Shown: positions 9,641 through 19,271, counted from the stretch's first letter. The stretch: 64,000 nucleotides of DNA from a virus (IMGVR_UViG_3300000553_000021:13528-77527), one strand, 5' to 3'. The notes: generated by a model not told the origin, from the sequence alone. Program-made: numbers and translations.

Positions 9641-10806
9641 TGGAAACACTAGAATTAATACCACAAATGACATTCGCAATAGCGAGTAAGAACAATTTTC
9701 GTTATGTAAAACATGCAGTTAAATACATTAGAGAAAACTGTTATCGTAAAAACCATGTAATCCATATTGGAATTGATGGTGAAGATACGGAATTGGAAGA
9801 TTGGGTAAAAGAACAAATACAAAATGGTGATACTAATATTATGGTATCAACTGGAGTAAGTGGAATTGCGGCAATCTATAACAATATAGCAAATAAATTA
9901 TCAACTGATTTCATTCTTATTTATCACGCAGATATGATAGCGGGTAAAGATATGGATTTGTATCTATATAAACAATGGCAAAAAGGATTGATAGTTTCGG
10001 CTACAAGAGTAGAACCACCATTGCATCCAGCAGACCCATCTAAAATCGTAGAGAACTTTGGATTGTGGCCAGAAGAAGATGTAAAGGATGGTTTTCAAAG
10101 AACTAATTGGGATAGATTTGTAGAACATGTTGCATATGATGCTGAAAAGGTAACAAAAGGAGTATTTGCACCTTGGTTAATTCATAAAGAGGATTATTGG
10201 GCAGTTGGTGGACATGATGAAACATTAAACTCACATAGCGAAGATAGAGACCTATTCAATCGTTTTCAGTTAAATGGATTTGATTTTGTTCAGCCATGGA
10301 GTGCATTGGTTTATCACTTAACATGTAGAGGTGGACAATTTGAGCATGCAATTACAACTGAAAATTTAGAAACAAAATCAGAAACTTGGACATCTTTGGC
10401 AAATGAAAATACAAAGAAGTTTATTAGAAAATGGGGAACACCACCTTTGTATGATGAATTTCAATATCCAATTGTAATGCCTAAATACAACATTGGTTTA
10501 ATGATTTATAATGCACCAATTGATTTAGTTATATTTTTAGAACCATATTTTACTACTATCTACACTAATAACTTAGGACAATTCGAAGGAGTTAGTAAAA
10601 TAAAAGATATTAATGATGAACTTACTAACGATATATTTGTGACAGTAAATGCACAACATATAACAAATGAAAATATAGAGTTTTTAATGAAATTACCATT
10701 TGTATTAAAACAAAATACACAAATTGGAGCGTTTAAAGTAGATATATTTAATCTATATATAAAAAACTATAATGAATATCAAAATGAATTAATTAAAGTA
10801 AATTAA
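9640..10806 (+). CDS. hypothetical protein (possible GT2-like N-terminal domain)
   Basis: TFAIASKNNFRYVKHAVKYI...IHIGIDG weakly GT-A like; 388 aa. Confidence 0.45.
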   Translation: METLELIPQMTFAIASKNNFRYVKHAVKYIRENCYRKNHVIHIGIDGEDTELEDWVKEQIQNGDTNIMVSTGVSGIAAIYNNIANKLSTDFILIYHADMIAGKDMDLYLYKQWQKGLIVSATRVEPPLHPADPSKIVENFGLWPEEDVKDGFQRTNWDRFVEHVAYDAEKVTKGVFAPWLIHKEDYWAVGGHDETLNSHSEDRDLFNRFQLNGFDFVQPWSALVYHLTCRGGQFEHAITTENLETKSETWTSLANENTKKFIRKWGTPPLYDEFQYPIVMPKYNIGLMIYNAPIDLVIFLEPYFTTIYTNNLGQFEGVSKIKDINDELTNDIFVTVNAQHITNENIEFLMKLPFVLKQNTQIGAFKVDIFNLYIKNYNEYQNELIKVN

Positions 10807-10838
10807 TCTTATATTTATATATTATAGAGGAAAATAAT

Positions 10839-12089
10839 ATGCCAGCAGTATCGAAAGCACAACAAAGATTTATGGGTATGGTTCACGCCGCACAAAAGAG
10901 CGAAGACCCTTCTCCATTTAGTAAAGATGTAAAGAAAGCAGCGGATTCTATGAGTGATAAAGCAGCTAAAGATTTTGCATCTACAAAACATAAAGGATTA
11001 CCTGACCACGTTAAAGAAAGTGATGATAAGTGGATTCCTAAAGATTTGAAAAAAGGAGCATTACATAAAGATATGGGTATTCCACAAGATGAAAAAATTC
11101 CAGTTAGTAAATTAAAAGCAGCAGCGGAAAAGGGTGGCAAAGAAGGTAAAAGAGCACAATTCGCATTGAATGTTCGAAAAGAAGGAAATGATATTACTGC
11201 AACACCTGAAGAACCAACAGTAGCAGATTTAGATGATATGCCATCTCCGGTGGCAGCGGTTAGTAATGAGGGTATTACAACAACACCAACTACACACGCA
11301 CCATCTTTACCAACACCAACAAATAATATTTTATGGACAGCAACTGGTAGAGTGTGTGAAGGCAGACCTATGGTTGAAAGAATTAGAATGTATGAGAAAA
11401 AAGGTGGTGGTTGGAGAATGGGTAAACAAAGAGATGAGCAAGTTTACAATAACTTAAAAGAATTCTACAAAAACGAAATACAACCTAGAAAAGAAGCTAA
11501 GGAATTAATAGTTAAGAGAAGAATGGGTGAAGGATATGTATTAACACCATATTCAAAAGAAAAACACGATGACTATTTCAATGATGAGTGGGATAAAGAT
11601 ATAAAAGGTGATGATGTTATTTTAAAACAAATAATTAAAAACGTTGAAGATAATATTAAATTATTAAGAAAAAAATTAAGTGATGGTAAAAAATTATCAC
11701 CTACTGCAAAAGATAATCTTAAAAAATCAATTGCATCGCATGTAACTTTATTAGATACATACAAAAAAGATTTAAAAAATTTAGGTGAAGGTACTTTAAA
11801 AGAAGATGATATGGCAGAACCAGGTGGTGATGTAGTTGCAAAAAATGGTACACAAGACCATGAGGTAGCAATGGCAAGAGCTTCTTTGTTAGCTATGAGT
11901 AAAGCAGTTCAAGATTTAATGGGAAAAATAGGAACAAACGAAGTAGACCTTCCAGGATGGGTACAAGACCATATTACAAATGCAGAAAACTACATTGTTC
12001 AAGCAGCAAAAGGATATAGACCGGAAGGGGATTTAGGAAACCATATTCAAAGACCAGAAGCACAAGTTAAATATTCAAATGGAAAATAA
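10839..12089 (+). CDS. DUF3008-like N-terminal domain fused to long Lys/Glu-rich C-terminal region
   Basis: N-terminus MPAVSKAQQRFMGMVHAAQKSE...DFASTKHKGLP resembles small bacterial DUF3008 proteins; 416 aa. Confidence 0.5.
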   Translation: MPAVSKAQQRFMGMVHAAQKSEDPSPFSKDVKKAADSMSDKAAKDFASTKHKGLPDHVKESDDKWIPKDLKKGALHKDMGIPQDEKIPVSKLKAAAEKGGKEGKRAQFALNVRKEGNDITATPEEPTVADLDDMPSPVAAVSNEGITTTPTTHAPSLPTPTNNILWTATGRVCEGRPMVERIRMYEKKGGGWRMGKQRDEQVYNNLKEFYKNEIQPRKEAKELIVKRRMGEGYVLTPYSKEKHDDYFNDEWDKDIKGDDVILKQIIKNVEDNIKLLRKKLSDGKKLSPTAKDNLKKSIASHVTLLDTYKKDLKNLGEGTLKEDDMAEPGGDVVAKNGTQDHEVAMARASLLAMSKAVQDLMGKIGTNEVDLPGWVQDHITNAENYIVQAAKGYRPEGDLGNHIQRPEAQVKYSNGK

Positions 12090-12456
12090 AGATATAGAAC
12101 AATACATCATTGATTTGATGCAGTTACAATGCCAGGTTAAAGTATTTCATTGGCAAACTAAAGTATATGGTAAACACATTGCTTTAGATAGATTATTTGA
12201 GGCAATTATAGATAACATTGATGAGTTTACAGAAACGGCAATGGGTAAATATAATAGAGTTGATTTTAGTGGTGCAAACTATTCATTTGTTAATATCACA
12301 GATTCGGAAGTTTTAAAAGCAATTGATGAATTTATTGATAAAGCAATTGCATTAGATGATAAGGTAGAACCTAAAAAAGATAGTGACCTATTAAATCTTA
12401 GAGATGAACTTTTAGGTAAACTAAATCAAACTAAATACTTATTGACTTTAAAATAG
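12079..12456 (+). CDS. Dps/ferritin-like protein (short)
   Basis: QVKVFHWQTKVYGKHIALDRLFEAIIDNIDEFTETAMGKY aligns with the Dps ferroxidase-centre helices A/B (FHWNVKG...HE..D...E). Confidence 0.45.
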   Translation: MENKDIEQYIIDLMQLQCQVKVFHWQTKVYGKHIALDRLFEAIIDNIDEFTETAMGKYNRVDFSGANYSFVNITDSEVLKAIDEFIDKAIALDDKVEPKKDSDLLNLRDELLGKLNQTKYLLTLK

Positions 12457-12459
12457 GGT

Positions 12460-13245
12460 ATGTACAAAATATTGTCAACCGGTACTTCATTTAATCATGG
12501 ACTGGGATTGCATTTTTATGAAAGATATAATAATAGTTTACCTCTAAACTATATATTGTCAGAAAAAGAAAGAAAATTTAATGTAGATAATTCATTTCAT
12601 TCTATTTTAGCTAAAAGATTAAATGTAGAAAGTGAAATATATTCAGGTGATAATTTTGGGTTAGATACAGCCTTTGATGACTTAATATGTGGTATTAAGT
12701 TAGAAGTTGAAAAGGAACAACCAATACCAATAAAAATTGTGATAATACAATTATCAACCGCAGAAAAAGATTTTTTTATATACAATAATAAAGTTTTTAG
12801 GTTAAACTTTAATTCACCGCATGTGTTTTTAGCATCAAAAAATAAATTGATTGATAGTATAGATAATTCTATTAAAGAAGATTTTATACAAAAATTAGAA
12901 TTAGAATTTGATAAATATTTTACAAACACAACATTGTGGAGAGAACAACATTCTATATGGTTCGTTGATAAATTAAATGAATTACATGATTATCTTTTAA
13001 AAAAAGGAGTTACACTAAAAATAATATCATATTATAATGATTTTAATTCAGTTATAGATTCATTTAAAGAAAATATGTTTGTAACCTTTTTATATAATGG
13101 CGCTAAATTTTATAATGTAAAATCTTTAGTAGATGATAAAAAACTAAGAATAAAAGATGATATATCAATAACAAATGATGAACATCCTAATTTCAAAGCA
13201 CATGAAATAGTTGCAAATAATATATTCGATTCATTAAATATTTAA
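12460..13245 (+). CDS. hypothetical protein
   Basis: ORF track, 261 aa. Confidence 0.5.
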   Translation: MYKILSTGTSFNHGLGLHFYERYNNSLPLNYILSEKERKFNVDNSFHSILAKRLNVESEIYSGDNFGLDTAFDDLICGIKLEVEKEQPIPIKIVIIQLSTAEKDFFIYNNKVFRLNFNSPHVFLASKNKLIDSIDNSIKEDFIQKLELEFDKYFTNTTLWREQHSIWFVDKLNELHDYLLKKGVTLKIISYYNDFNSVIDSFKENMFVTFLYNGAKFYNVKSLVDDKKLRIKDDISITNDEHPNFKAHEIVANNIFDSLNI

Positions 13246-13288
13246 TATTTATAGTATAGTAATAAACCCCCAAAAAATTACATAAATA

Positions 13289-13609
13289 ATGGATCAAAAC
13301 ATTTACACAGTCTTAATCACAGCAATTACCGTTTTAGGTGGTGCAAGTGCATGGAGATTTTACGAAAAAAGAGCAGAACATAGAGATAGAGATGAAGATT
13401 TTATCAGACATGATTGTAAAGACCGTATTGCTAAATTAGAAGCGTTATTATCACAAGCTGGTAAAGAAAAAGATGATTTAAGAGGAATGATATTAGACCT
13501 TACAAAACAAGTAGCAGCATTATCAGTTAAAGTTGAGTTCCTAACAAAAGAAAACGAAAAGTTAAAGGCAAATAAACCAGAAAACAATAAGAAGCAATTA
13601 AATGGCTAA
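13289..13609 (+). CDS. membrane-anchored coiled-coil protein
   Basis: N-terminal TM (VLITAITVLGGASAW) then coiled-coil. Confidence 0.45.
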   Translation: MDQNIYTVLITAITVLGGASAWRFYEKRAEHRDRDEDFIRHDCKDRIAKLEALLSQAGKEKDDLRGMILDLTKQVAALSVKVEFLTKENEKLKANKPENNKKQLNG

Positions 13610-14432
13610 ACAACTATTAGATGAGTGTATTATCGTATCAAAGAAATTTGGTAATGATATGGTTTTGGCAAAAAATAGAGATAGGGCATATAAACCCGAA
13701 ATTGAAATTGTACAAACACTTATCAATGGTATAGAAGTTGTTTATTTGCATGATATTACTACCGATTGGAGTGAGGGAATGAATGAATATGGTATCGGTA
13801 TTGTAAATGCATCTCTTTTAGTTGGGTATGATGAAAAAGAGAAATCAATTATTAGTAAAACTGGTAAGAAATCTAAAGATGGTGAAAGAATTAGACACGC
13901 ATTAGGTCACAAATCACTTAAAGAAGCTCTACCGGAAGTAGTTAAATACAATGGTGGGGTTAAAGGACATACATTTATAGCAGACCCTAAACATCTAATT
14001 ACAGTCGAAATGACATCAAAGCATGCACCTGTAATTAAACAACAAGACCCTTCTAAATTATATGTTAGAACTAATCATGGTTTAGCCCATCCTGACGCGG
14101 GATATACTGATGGTCCAGATTATAAAAGTTCAGTAATTCGTAGAGCAACAGCAAAGGCATTTATAAAAGGATTAAACAACTGGAAAGAGGAATTACCAGT
14201 GTTGAGACATAATAAGTTTTCACATGATAATCCAAATAATATGAGTAGAGATACAGAAAAAATGAAAACTACATCACAAATGGAGTTAAATTTAACTGAA
14301 AAAATATTCATATTGAATTATTGGGGTGATAGAGTAGAAGGATTCAAAGGAATTAGAAGTGAATTACCTTCTGATTATATGCCAAAAATAAAGATTATAA
14401 TTAAAGATTTAAAAGAAACACCTGGTAACTAA
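13602..14432 (+). CDS. hypothetical protein; possible Ntn-hydrolase (C45/choloylglycine-hydrolase-like)
   Basis: Early Cys (DECIIVSKKFGNDMVLAKNRD) resembles the CBAH N-terminal C..GRNMD block; weak. Confidence 0.45.
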   Translation: MAKQLLDECIIVSKKFGNDMVLAKNRDRAYKPEIEIVQTLINGIEVVYLHDITTDWSEGMNEYGIGIVNASLLVGYDEKEKSIISKTGKKSKDGERIRHALGHKSLKEALPEVVKYNGGVKGHTFIADPKHLITVEMTSKHAPVIKQQDPSKLYVRTNHGLAHPDAGYTDGPDYKSSVIRRATAKAFIKGLNNWKEELPVLRHNKFSHDNPNNMSRDTEKMKTTSQMELNLTEKIFILNYWGDRVEGFKGIRSELPSDYMPKIKIIIKDLKETPGN

Positions 14433-14959
14433 TGATACTTTTAAGAGATTTATTAAACGAAGATAAGAAATTAAGAATATTTGATTTTGATGATACATTA
14501 GTAAAAACAAAATCATTTATTTTTATAACACATAAAGATGGAACTAAATCTAAATTAAGTCCAGGTGAATATGCAGTTTATACACAAAAACCTGGTGATA
14601 AATTCGATTTTTCAGATTTCAATAATGTAAACGAACCAGAACAAATAATGGGTTATACTAAATTACTTAAAAGATTTGTAAGTAGTGAGGGTGAAAGAAA
14701 GGTAACAATATTAACAGCAAGAGCAGCATATGCACCCGTTAAACAATACTTAAAAGATATTGGTATGGGTAGTATTTATGTTGTAGCATTAGGTGATAGT
14801 GACCCACAAAAGAAAGCAAAATATATCGAGGATCAAATTAAAAAAGGATATGATGATGTATTTTTTATAGATGACTCATCAAAAAATATAGCAGCAGTTC
14901 AACAATTAGAAAAGAAATATCCAGAAGTTAAATTTAGAATACAATTAGCCAAACTTTAA
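14432..14959 (+). CDS. HAD-superfamily hydrolase
   Basis: Motif I FDFDDTLV (DxDxT); later VFFIDDS. Confidence 0.5.
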   Translation: MILLRDLLNEDKKLRIFDFDDTLVKTKSFIFITHKDGTKSKLSPGEYAVYTQKPGDKFDFSDFNNVNEPEQIMGYTKLLKRFVSSEGERKVTILTARAAYAPVKQYLKDIGMGSIYVVALGDSDPQKKAKYIEDQIKKGYDDVFFIDDSSKNIAAVQQLEKKYPEVKFRIQLAKL

Positions 14960-14995
14960 TTTGGTAATCTAAATTTTATTTAGTAAATTAGTTAT

Positions 14996-15760
14996 ATGAA
15001 ATCATTAAGATTTTGGACAAAAGAAAACTTTGAAGTAACAACTGAACCGGTTTGGAATTTAACTGAAAGAATTAATAGTGTTCATACTACATCTGGAAAT
15101 GATGAAAGTGGAACTTGCACATACACCTACAATGAATTAGGATATAGGGGTGATTCAATTTATAAAGGTGGATTTAGAATATTATCAGTAGGTGATTCAC
15201 ATACAGAAGGAGTCGGTGTAAGTGATGATGAAACATGGTCACATCAATTATCTCAACTAATACCAAATGGGGTAGATTTAAACGCGGGTTTTGGTGGTAG
15301 AAGTAATGATTATATTGCAAGAACGATATTAACTTTATTTAAAACGTTTCGACCAGATATCGTATTAGTAATGTATACCTATCCAACTCGTAAAGAGTAT
15401 TATACAAAAAAAGGTGATTTACAACCATTTCATGTTAATCCTTGGGGATATTTTAAAAACAATCCAATTGGACAAGAGGAACATAGGGCCTATTTAAACA
15501 TTTCACATGATGAAAATGATATGGTTAATTGGTATAAAAATCATTTATTAATAAGTAATTTTTTAAAAGCAAATAATACTCCTTTCTTTTGGAATGGTAG
15601 TTTTTTGAATGATAAAACCATTATTGAAGATAATAGATTTGATGGTGATTATGATAATTTCTTTGATAAATCAGCAGAAAAAACACACGCCGGACCAATG
15701 CATAATAAATTATATGCTAAAAAACTACATACTTTTTTAAAACAACATAATGCAATTTAA
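14996..15760 (+). CDS. SGNH/GDSL-like hydrolase
   Basis: ILSVGDSHTEG (GDS block), GGRSND block. Confidence 0.5.
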   Translation: MKSLRFWTKENFEVTTEPVWNLTERINSVHTTSGNDESGTCTYTYNELGYRGDSIYKGGFRILSVGDSHTEGVGVSDDETWSHQLSQLIPNGVDLNAGFGGRSNDYIARTILTLFKTFRPDIVLVMYTYPTRKEYYTKKGDLQPFHVNPWGYFKNNPIGQEEHRAYLNISHDENDMVNWYKNHLLISNFLKANNTPFFWNGSFLNDKTIIEDNRFDGDYDNFFDKSAEKTHAGPMHNKLYAKKLHTFLKQHNAI

Positions 15761-16595
15761 TTCAATATATCTTAATGGTTGTTCTTTTATGTGGGGTGTA
15801 GGACATTCAAATACATCTGTGTTTAAATATTTTGAAGAAACCAAAGACATTAATACATCACATGGTGAGCATTTTAATGGAAAAAGTTTATTTAATAATT
15901 ACGATTGGGTAAGACAGGATACTAATATTGCGGGTAGACTAAAAAAACATTATAACGATATAGTAATAATAGATGAATCTATATATGGTGGTTCATTACA
16001 AAGAGTAGTTCGTAAAACATATAATTGGATATTCAATAATGATAATCAAGCAAAAGAAACTCTATTCATATTAGAATGGCCTATTGGTGTTAGAAATGAA
16101 ATATACATTCCATTACAAAAACGATATGTAAACTATACTGCAAATTTTGATAATTTTGATAATATAGATCCATATTTACATAGATTAATGATTAATGAAA
16201 TTGCACCAAATTTCTTTGCAGATGGTGTAGCATTTTTAGAGGATTTACAGGCATTCGTTGGATTATTGTCATACATAAAAAGTATTGGTGGGAAGTACCT
16301 AATATTATTAGATGAATTTCCAATGGATATTATATCAGATGAAACAACTAAATATGTTGATAAAAATCAAATTAAAAATATATTAAATAATACAATTGTA
16401 CCGAATGTGGTTGTATTTGAAAAGGATGGAAAAACTACTCGTTCTATGATTGAATATTATAGAGAATATGAGAATGCAACATTTACATTGGATACAATAG
16501 GAGAATTAATGGATGATCATAATTCAATTAGAGCATCAAGATTAATAACAGAACAAATTATTAGAAATATAAAAGAGAATTATGAAATTAATTAA
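15750..16595 (+). CDS. hypothetical protein (possible divergent SGNH-like)
   Basis: LNGCSFMWGVGH N-terminal block resembles neighbouring SGNH paralogs. Confidence 0.45.
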   Translation: MQFNSIYLNGCSFMWGVGHSNTSVFKYFEETKDINTSHGEHFNGKSLFNNYDWVRQDTNIAGRLKKHYNDIVIIDESIYGGSLQRVVRKTYNWIFNNDNQAKETLFILEWPIGVRNEIYIPLQKRYVNYTANFDNFDNIDPYLHRLMINEIAPNFFADGVAFLEDLQAFVGLLSYIKSIGGKYLILLDEFPMDIISDETTKYVDKNQIKNILNNTIVPNVVVFEKDGKTTRSMIEYYREYENATFTLDTIGELMDDHNSIRASRLITEQIIRNIKENYEIN

Positions 16596-16830
16596 ATCGG
16601 AAAAAGCATTAGAATTATTAGAGGGTATTGGGGTAGTAATGAGAATACTAGCCTTTGGTATGCTATCTATATTTAATAAAGATACTCCATTTTTAGCTAT
16701 GTGGATTATAAATACGATAGATGCTGTTATTTTAACTTATTGTGCATGGGAACGAAATAATAGACCTTATATCTTACTTAATGCATTTTGGTTATTAGTA
16801 GGTATAATTGGCATATATAATACCTTATAA
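16582..16830 (+). CDS. small membrane protein
   Basis: two hydrophobic helices. Confidence 0.4.
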   Translation: MKLIKSEKALELLEGIGVVMRILAFGMLSIFNKDTPFLAMWIINTIDAVILTYCAWERNNRPYILLNAFWLLVGIIGIYNTL

Positions 16831-16832
16831 TT

Positions 16833-17726
16833 ATGAAAACTAAAGATGATATATCCACATCAAAATATATTCAAAGGTATGGTTTAATGTATTTTAAATA
16901 CAAAAAAGATACTACCAAATTAATAGTTACATCTCCAAAATGTGGAACTAGATATTTTACAGGATTAGCAGAATATAATACCGATTTTATTAGATTCCAT
17001 CCATCATTAGATACGATGGAAGCAAATGATAAGTATTTTGATGAATTATCTGAAATATATTGGATTGTAAGACCACCAATGGAGCATGCAATTTCTGCTA
17101 TTATGACAGAACATTCATCTAATATGGATAATTTAACAAACCCAAATCAAACTTCATCTAAATTAAAAATTAAAAAACAAGATGAAGATTGGAAACTTAA
17201 TGTTTTAGAACAATTATTATCGGATATATTAACTAAACCATATTTTACAAGTAATAGTCGTGATGGTATAGATGGTGTTTTTAGCCATTATAACCCAAGA
17301 TATGAAAATATTTACAATGATATACCAAATAGACTTGAATTATTTTCAAAAATAAAATTTATAGAATTAAAAGATTTATCTAACTTAATTAAAAATGAAT
17401 TTAATATAACTGATAATTTTAAAAGTAAAGAATATGGCATGGATAGATTTTTTACAAAAGATAGTTTAGTAGAAACAATTAAAATTAATTTTCCAGATAT
17501 GTGGGAAAAATTACAAGGAATAATTAATATCGAAGAACAGTATTATAACTTAATATTAAATTATGATTATCATCCCATATTTAGTGAAAAAATAAAAGAA
17601 TCACATAACGAAATAGATGTGGTATATGAAAAACTAAATAAAGAATTGGATATAGCATATCAAAAGCATGCAAAATATATTGAAACTTATTTAAAATATA
17701 AGAGTAAAAATATATGTAATGTATAA
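16833..17726 (+). CDS. hypothetical protein; possible sulfotransferase-like
   Basis: VTSPKCGTRYF resembles the PAPS 5'-phosphosulfate-binding PKSGTTW loop; IVRPPMEHAISA resembles the 3'-phosphate-binding block; weak. Confidence 0.45.
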   Translation: MKTKDDISTSKYIQRYGLMYFKYKKDTTKLIVTSPKCGTRYFTGLAEYNTDFIRFHPSLDTMEANDKYFDELSEIYWIVRPPMEHAISAIMTEHSSNMDNLTNPNQTSSKLKIKKQDEDWKLNVLEQLLSDILTKPYFTSNSRDGIDGVFSHYNPRYENIYNDIPNRLELFSKIKFIELKDLSNLIKNEFNITDNFKSKEYGMDRFFTKDSLVETIKINFPDMWEKLQGIINIEEQYYNLILNYDYHPIFSEKIKESHNEIDVVYEKLNKELDIAYQKHAKYIETYLKYKSKNICNV

Positions 17727-17759
17727 CTCATTGATTTACAATGACTTATAAAAAAGTAC

Positions 17760-17796
17760 CCTAAAAATTAGGTATTTTCAGTATATTTTCGTATCT
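17760..17796 (+). promoter_or_regulatory. promoter, -7 TATCTTTG 17789-17796 (no clear -33)
   Basis: TAnnTTTG 26 nt upstream of ATG 17823; preceded by the TAACTCATTGATT repeat element. Confidence 0.4.
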
Positions 17797-17822
17797 TTGA
17801 CTATATATCAAACATTAAAAAA

Positions 17823-18116
17823 ATGGGAAATACTGAAAAAAATGAGATTTATTTAGGTGGTGGAACTAATCTAATTTGTAAAAAAACTCAATTAGTAAGT
17901 ACACATAATAGATTACAATTAATTACACAAGGTGATGGTGCAATTGAATTAGATATAAAAATAGAAGCAGATTTTGGTACTATACCTGAAAAATATCATG
18001 AAGTATTTTTAAATATGGTAACTGCTAAATATTGTGATAAAGTATCATTTGGGGACAATCCATTTTCATTATGTGTTCCGGCTCCTAAACGAAAATGGTA
18101 TCAATTTTGGAAATAA
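17823..18116 (+). CDS. hypothetical protein
   Basis: ORF track 97 aa. Confidence 0.5.
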   Translation: MGNTEKNEIYLGGGTNLICKKTQLVSTHNRLQLITQGDGAIELDIKIEADFGTIPEKYHEVFLNMVTAKYCDKVSFGDNPFSLCVPAPKRKWYQFWK

Positions 18117-18126
18117 ACAATAAGTT

Positions 18127-18249
18127 ATGAATAGTATATTAAATTACATTGCTATCGGAGTTGTTGGAACTACTATATGGGTGTGTTTTGAAATATGGAG
18201 AGCACCCTTATTAGAGGAACAAAAAGATGGTAGCTGGAAAACAATTAAA
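18127..18249 (+). CDS. small membrane peptide (40 aa)
   Basis: TAAGTTATG start context; hydrophobic helix; not in ORF track (shorter than 60 aa). Confidence 0.3.
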
Positions 18250-18286
18250 CCGGCAAAAAAATTATTTAAATCTAAAAAAAAGTAAT

Positions 18287-18598
18287 ATGAAAAAGTACAT
18301 TAGTGGAGCATTAAAATTAGTAGCAGCAGGATTGTTATTATATACAGTCTACGAACAAAATAAAGTTATTCAAAAGTATAAGCATGAAAATGTACATATG
18401 GTGAACGATAAAGGTGACACCGTAAGTATGGAGATTAATGCAAATGATACTCAAAAAGTTATCGATTCTTTAACTGATGAATTATTCAATGCAAATACTG
18501 CTACTGGTAGATACGAATTAAGTTTACAACATTTAGAAGAAGTAAACCCAAAAGCAGCTAAACAATTCAACGATTATTTACAAAACGAAACGGAATAA
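18287..18598 (+). CDS. membrane-anchored hypothetical protein
   Basis: ORF track 18227..18598; ATG 18287 gives the MKKYISGALKLVAAGLLLYTV signal-anchor. Confidence 0.5.
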   Translation: MKKYISGALKLVAAGLLLYTVYEQNKVIQKYKHENVHMVNDKGDTVSMEINANDTQKVIDSLTDELFNANTATGRYELSLQHLEEVNPKAAKQFNDYLQNETE

Positions 18599-18599
18599 A

Positions 18600-18899
18600 A
18601 TGGAAACACAAAATTCAGTAGGAGCAGATATGGGTGGAACATACCCAAAGATAGATGCAACTGGTAATTCAATTTACGAAACATGTGTAAGTTGTGGTAA
18701 AGAAACAACTACACTTAAATCAACTCACATAGACTTTAGAACAGGTTATGTAGAGGGAGCAGGACAATTGTGTTGGGAGTGTTATACAGGTAAATCTAGG
18801 AGTCTTATTACAATAGATGAAAGAACTATCATTGATACACCAAACGACCAGGAATTAGGTGCAAAGGTACGACAATTATATTGGGATAGTAAGAAATAA
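18600..18899 (+). CDS. zinc-ribbon protein
   Basis: CVSCGKE...CWECY Cys4. Confidence 0.45.
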   Translation: METQNSVGADMGGTYPKIDATGNSIYETCVSCGKETTTLKSTHIDFRTGYVEGAGQLCWECYTGKSRSLITIDERTIIDTPNDQELGAKVRQLYWDSKK

Positions 18900-18914
18900 T
18901 TTCAATGTTATTTT

Positions 18915-18945
18915 TTGGTTATATGATAAATTGTCAGTATATTTG
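18915..18945 (+). promoter_or_regulatory. promoter (-33 TTG 18915-17; -7 TATATTTG 18938-45)
   Basis: 20-nt spacing; followed by perfect inverted repeat GTGAATA-N11-TATTCAC (18956-18980). Confidence 0.45.
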
Positions 18946-19017
18946 TTAAAGAAATGTGAATATATATTATAATTATTCACGTAATAGGTTACATATTTTT
19001 TAATTAAAACAAAGTTT

Positions 19018-19200
19018 ATGGCTAGTAAGAAAGAAGAAGTTTTCCAACAACTTAAAGCGTTATGGGAAACATTCGAAGCAGAACACAACAAAACAACAAA
19101 AGTTTCTCAAAAGAATGCGAGAACTGCAATCGGTGACTTAAAAAAGTTAGTTACGGATTATAGACAAGCTTCAGTAGAAGAAACAAAATCAGCAAAGTAA
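19018..19200 (+). CDS. Bacteroidetes histone H1-like nucleoid protein (globular-domain type)
   Basis: NKTTKVSQKNARTAIGDLKKLVTDYR resembles the KFYEKGNKAAGTRxRKAxQExK core of Bacteroidetes histone-H1-like proteins; 60 aa. Confidence 0.45.
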   Translation: MASKKEEVFQQLKALWETFEAEHNKTTKVSQKNARTAIGDLKKLVTDYRQASVEETKSAK

Positions 19201-19207
19201 ATCCAAA

Positions 19208-19246
19208 GGGGTACTGACAACTAGTCACTACCCTTTTTTATTTTTA
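19208..19246 (+). terminator. rho-independent terminator
   Basis: GGGTACTGAC-AACTA-GTCACTACCC hairpin followed by TTTTTTATTTTT. Confidence 0.6.
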
Positions 19247-19271
19247 AACAACAAAACAACAAAAAACAAAC

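Noticed and set aside
18227-18286. Upstream extension (MVAGKQLNRQ...) of ORF 18227..18598
   Set aside because: It overlaps the 18127..18249 peptide. ATG 18287 gives a typical MKK signal-anchor start.
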